64,000 nt of DNA from Bacillota bacterium. Its GTDB lineage: Bacteria; Bacillota; DTU025. Under the pieces are notes generated by a model, which was given only the letters and a program-made list of their open reading frames with translations, had not been told where the DNA came from and searched no databases. Positions 61,879 through 64,000 of the stretch are shown piece by piece; the first letter of the stretch is position 1, and each line of letters begins with the position of its first letter. The position numbers and the translations under genes are program-made. The stretch lies in contig JBMNJT010000002.1 of the NCBI GenBank assembly GCA_050951805.1, positions 1,408,001 to 1,472,000 of the forward strand. Direction: 5' to 3'.

Positions 61879-63686
61879 AGCTCATCGTCATCGGCCAATA
61901 CAGCCATAAAAGCCTCCTGTGGTATCTCAACATGCCCGAACTGCTTCATTCGCCGCTTGCCCTCTTTCTGCTTCTCAAGCAACTTACGCTTCCTGGAGAC
62001 ATCGCCCCCGTAGCACTTGGCAAGGACATCCTTCCTGACAGCCTTCACAGTCTCCCTAGCAATGACCCGAGATCCCACAGCAGCCTGAATAGGTACGTCA
62101 AAAAGCTGGCGGGGGATGAGCTTGCGCAGTCTCTCCACCAATGACCTTCCCCGCTTGTCGGCAAAATCTGCGTGAACGATGCTGGACAGGGCATCTACCG
62201 GTTTCCCCCCGACCAGGATATCCAGTTTAACAAGGTCAGATGGCCTGTACTCCAAGAATTCGTACTCCATCGATGCATAGCCACGCGTCCTCGACTTGAG
62301 CTTGTCGAAAAAGTCGTAAATGATCTCGGCCAACGGCATGTCGTATGTGAGCCTCACCCTTGTTGGGCCAATGAAGTGCATGTCATGGACTTCCCCTCGT
62401 CTTTCGACAGCGAGTTCCATTACGGGGCCTATATAGTCTGAAGGTACGAATATGGTAGTTCGCACAAAAGGTTCTTCAATCGTCTCTATCTGTGCTACAG
62501 GTGGAAGATTTGCCGGGTTGTCCACCATTATGCACTCTCCGGACATCTTGTTTACCCGATACGCCACAGATGGAGCCGTTGTTATCAGTTCAAGATTGTA
62601 TTCCCGTTCCAGCCTCTCCTGGACTATCTCCATATGGAGCAGACCAAGAAAACCGCATCTGAACCCAAATCCCAAGGCAGCAGATGTCTCTGGCTCGTAG
62701 GCTATCGAAGCATCATTCAGCTTCAGTTTTTCAAGAGCATCCCTGAGATCCCCGTAGGCGCTGTTCTCCAGTGGATACAACCCACAATAGACCATTGGAA
62801 CAGCGGGCCGATAGCCAGGCAAGGGCGACGCCGCAGGATTCTCCGCGGATGTTATCGTATCGCCCACGGGGACATCCCCGACTTCCTTTATCTGCGCCAC
62901 CAAGAACCCCACCTCGCCCGGACCGAGGCATTCTACCTCCTCCATTTCCGGCCTGAAGACCCCGAGCTCGGTAACATCATGTTCCGTTCCCGTGCTCATC
63001 ACCTTGACCACGTCGCCCACCTTAACCATGCCCTCTACAATGCGGATATGGGCGATGACACCGCGATAAGGATCGAAATGGGAGTCGAATACAAGAGCAC
63101 GCAGAGGTTTGTCGCGGTCTCCCGATGGCGGAGGAATGCGCTCAACCACGGCCTCCAACACGTCAAGAACGCCCTCTCCTGTCTTGGCGCTTGTGAAGAT
63201 GACTTCCTCAGGACCCACGCCAAGAAGATCCACCAGCTCCTCCCGAACCCGTTCCGGCTCGGCATTGGGCAAGTCTATCTTGTTCACCACGGGCACTATC
63301 TCGAGGCCATTGTCGACCGCCAGATACAGATTGGCCAGAGTCTGTGCCTCAATCCCCTGGGTTGCATCGACTACGAGGACGGCCCCTTCACATGCAGCAA
63401 GGGAACGCGATACCTCATAGGTAAAATCGACATGACCGGGAGTGTCTATGAGATTGAGCACATAGACCTCCCCGTTTGGGCGAGCGTACCTTATTCGCAC
63501 TGGTTTCAGTTTGATGGTTATCCCGCGTTCGCGTTCCAAATCCATTTTGTCAAGAAATTGCTCAACCATGGAACGCTCATCGATCGCGCCGGTCAGTTCC
63601 AGAATGCGATCGGCAAGCGTAGATTTCCCATGGTCAATGTGGGCAATAATGCAAAAGTTTCTGATACCTTCTATGTTCATATCCAC
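61875..63686 (-). CDS. lepA: Elongation factor 4
   Basis: [40 protein letters not shown]. Confidence 0.98.
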   Translation of the reverse strand: MDMNIEGIRNFCIIAHIDHGKSTLADRILELTGAIDERSMVEQFLDKMDLERERGITIKLKPVRIRYARPNGEVYVLNLIDTPGHVDFTYEVSRSLAACEGAVLVVDATQGIEAQTLANLYLAVDNGLEIVPVVNKIDLPNAEPERVREELVDLLGVGPEEVIFTSAKTGEGVLDVLEAVVERIPPPSGDRDKPLRALVFDSHFDPYRGVIAHIRIVEGMVKVGDVVKVMSTGTEHDVTELGVFRPEMEEVECLGPGEVGFLVAQIKEVGDVPVGDTITSAENPAASPLPGYRPAVPMVYCGLYPLENSAYGDLRDALEKLKLNDASIAYEPETSAALGFGFRCGFLGLLHMEIVQERLEREYNLELITTAPSVAYRVNKMSGECIMVDNPANLPPVAQIETIEEPFVRTTIFVPSDYIGPVMELAVERRGEVHDMHFIGPTRVRLTYDMPLAEIIYDFFDKLKSRTRGYASMEYEFLEYRPSDLVKLDILVGGKPVDALSSIVHADFADKRGRSLVERLRKLIPRQLFDVPIQAAVGSRVIARETVKAVRKDVLAKCYGGDVSRKRKLLEKQKEGKRRMKQFGHVEIPQEAFMAVLADDDEL

Positions 63687-64000
63687 CTCAGAGCCACTAT
63701 GCGCCGCTTTTCGCGGCCTGGTAGGAACTCCACACTAAATTATAACACATGTAGCAATGACTCTTCGGAGACATGCTCGACACCGATTGCCCGGACCTCT
63801 CATACTACTTCAGTGCATTCTCAAATTCGATCCTTACGGCTCGTCCGAAAGCTTCGAGCACTATCCCATGGTAACCTCCGCCAACCGCCCGAATCCGGAC
63901 GGGGCTCCACTGGCTACCGGCTCCCGCCAGCTGCGACGAATTGCTGCCCGCCACTGCGATAGCTATGAACACAACTATCAAGAAAAGGCATGCAATGGCA

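Noticed and set aside
62634-63962. 442-aa + strand ORF
   Set aside because: It lies mostly antisense to lepA and has no recognisable motifs; this is a typical shadow ORF in GC-rich coding DNA.

Overview
About 64 kb of core chromosome from a high-GC, endospore-forming anaerobic Bacillota. The taxon is inferred from yqfC/yqfD, a gerA-type operon, hrcA/CIRCE and iorAB. After a short + strand block (metallophosphoesterase, iorA, iorB, small membrane protein), almost everything is on the - strand. It follows the conserved Firmicutes backbone: lepA-hemW-hrcA-dnaJ-prmA-rsmE...mtaB-hit-rpsU...yqeY-nfeD-floA...yqfC-yqfD-phoH-pgpH-ybeY-dgkA...cdd-era, then queA-tgt-yajC...recJ-rel-dtd-MBL...hisS-6S RNA-rarA. 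Inserted blocks are (1) trxA, two paralogous lipoproteins and queT; (2) a gerA-type operon; (3) a purine operon under a PRPP-type ykkC riboswitch, with an in-frame PurF-PurM fusion; (4) a tandem DUF881-like pair plus a DUF3048-like gene; (5) a ChlI/BchI-type AAA+ ATPase translationally coupled to a vWA protein with an unrecognised N-terminal region and no ChlH/CobN nearby, the best candidate for an uncharacterised system. Several usual neighbours are absent here: grpE-dnaK, purC-purB, secDF, apt, aspS and recO. No tRNA, rRNA, CRISPR array or mobile element was seen. All calls come from motif recognition and synteny; no database searches were run. Start codons were adjusted by eye to fit ribosome binding sites (RBS).
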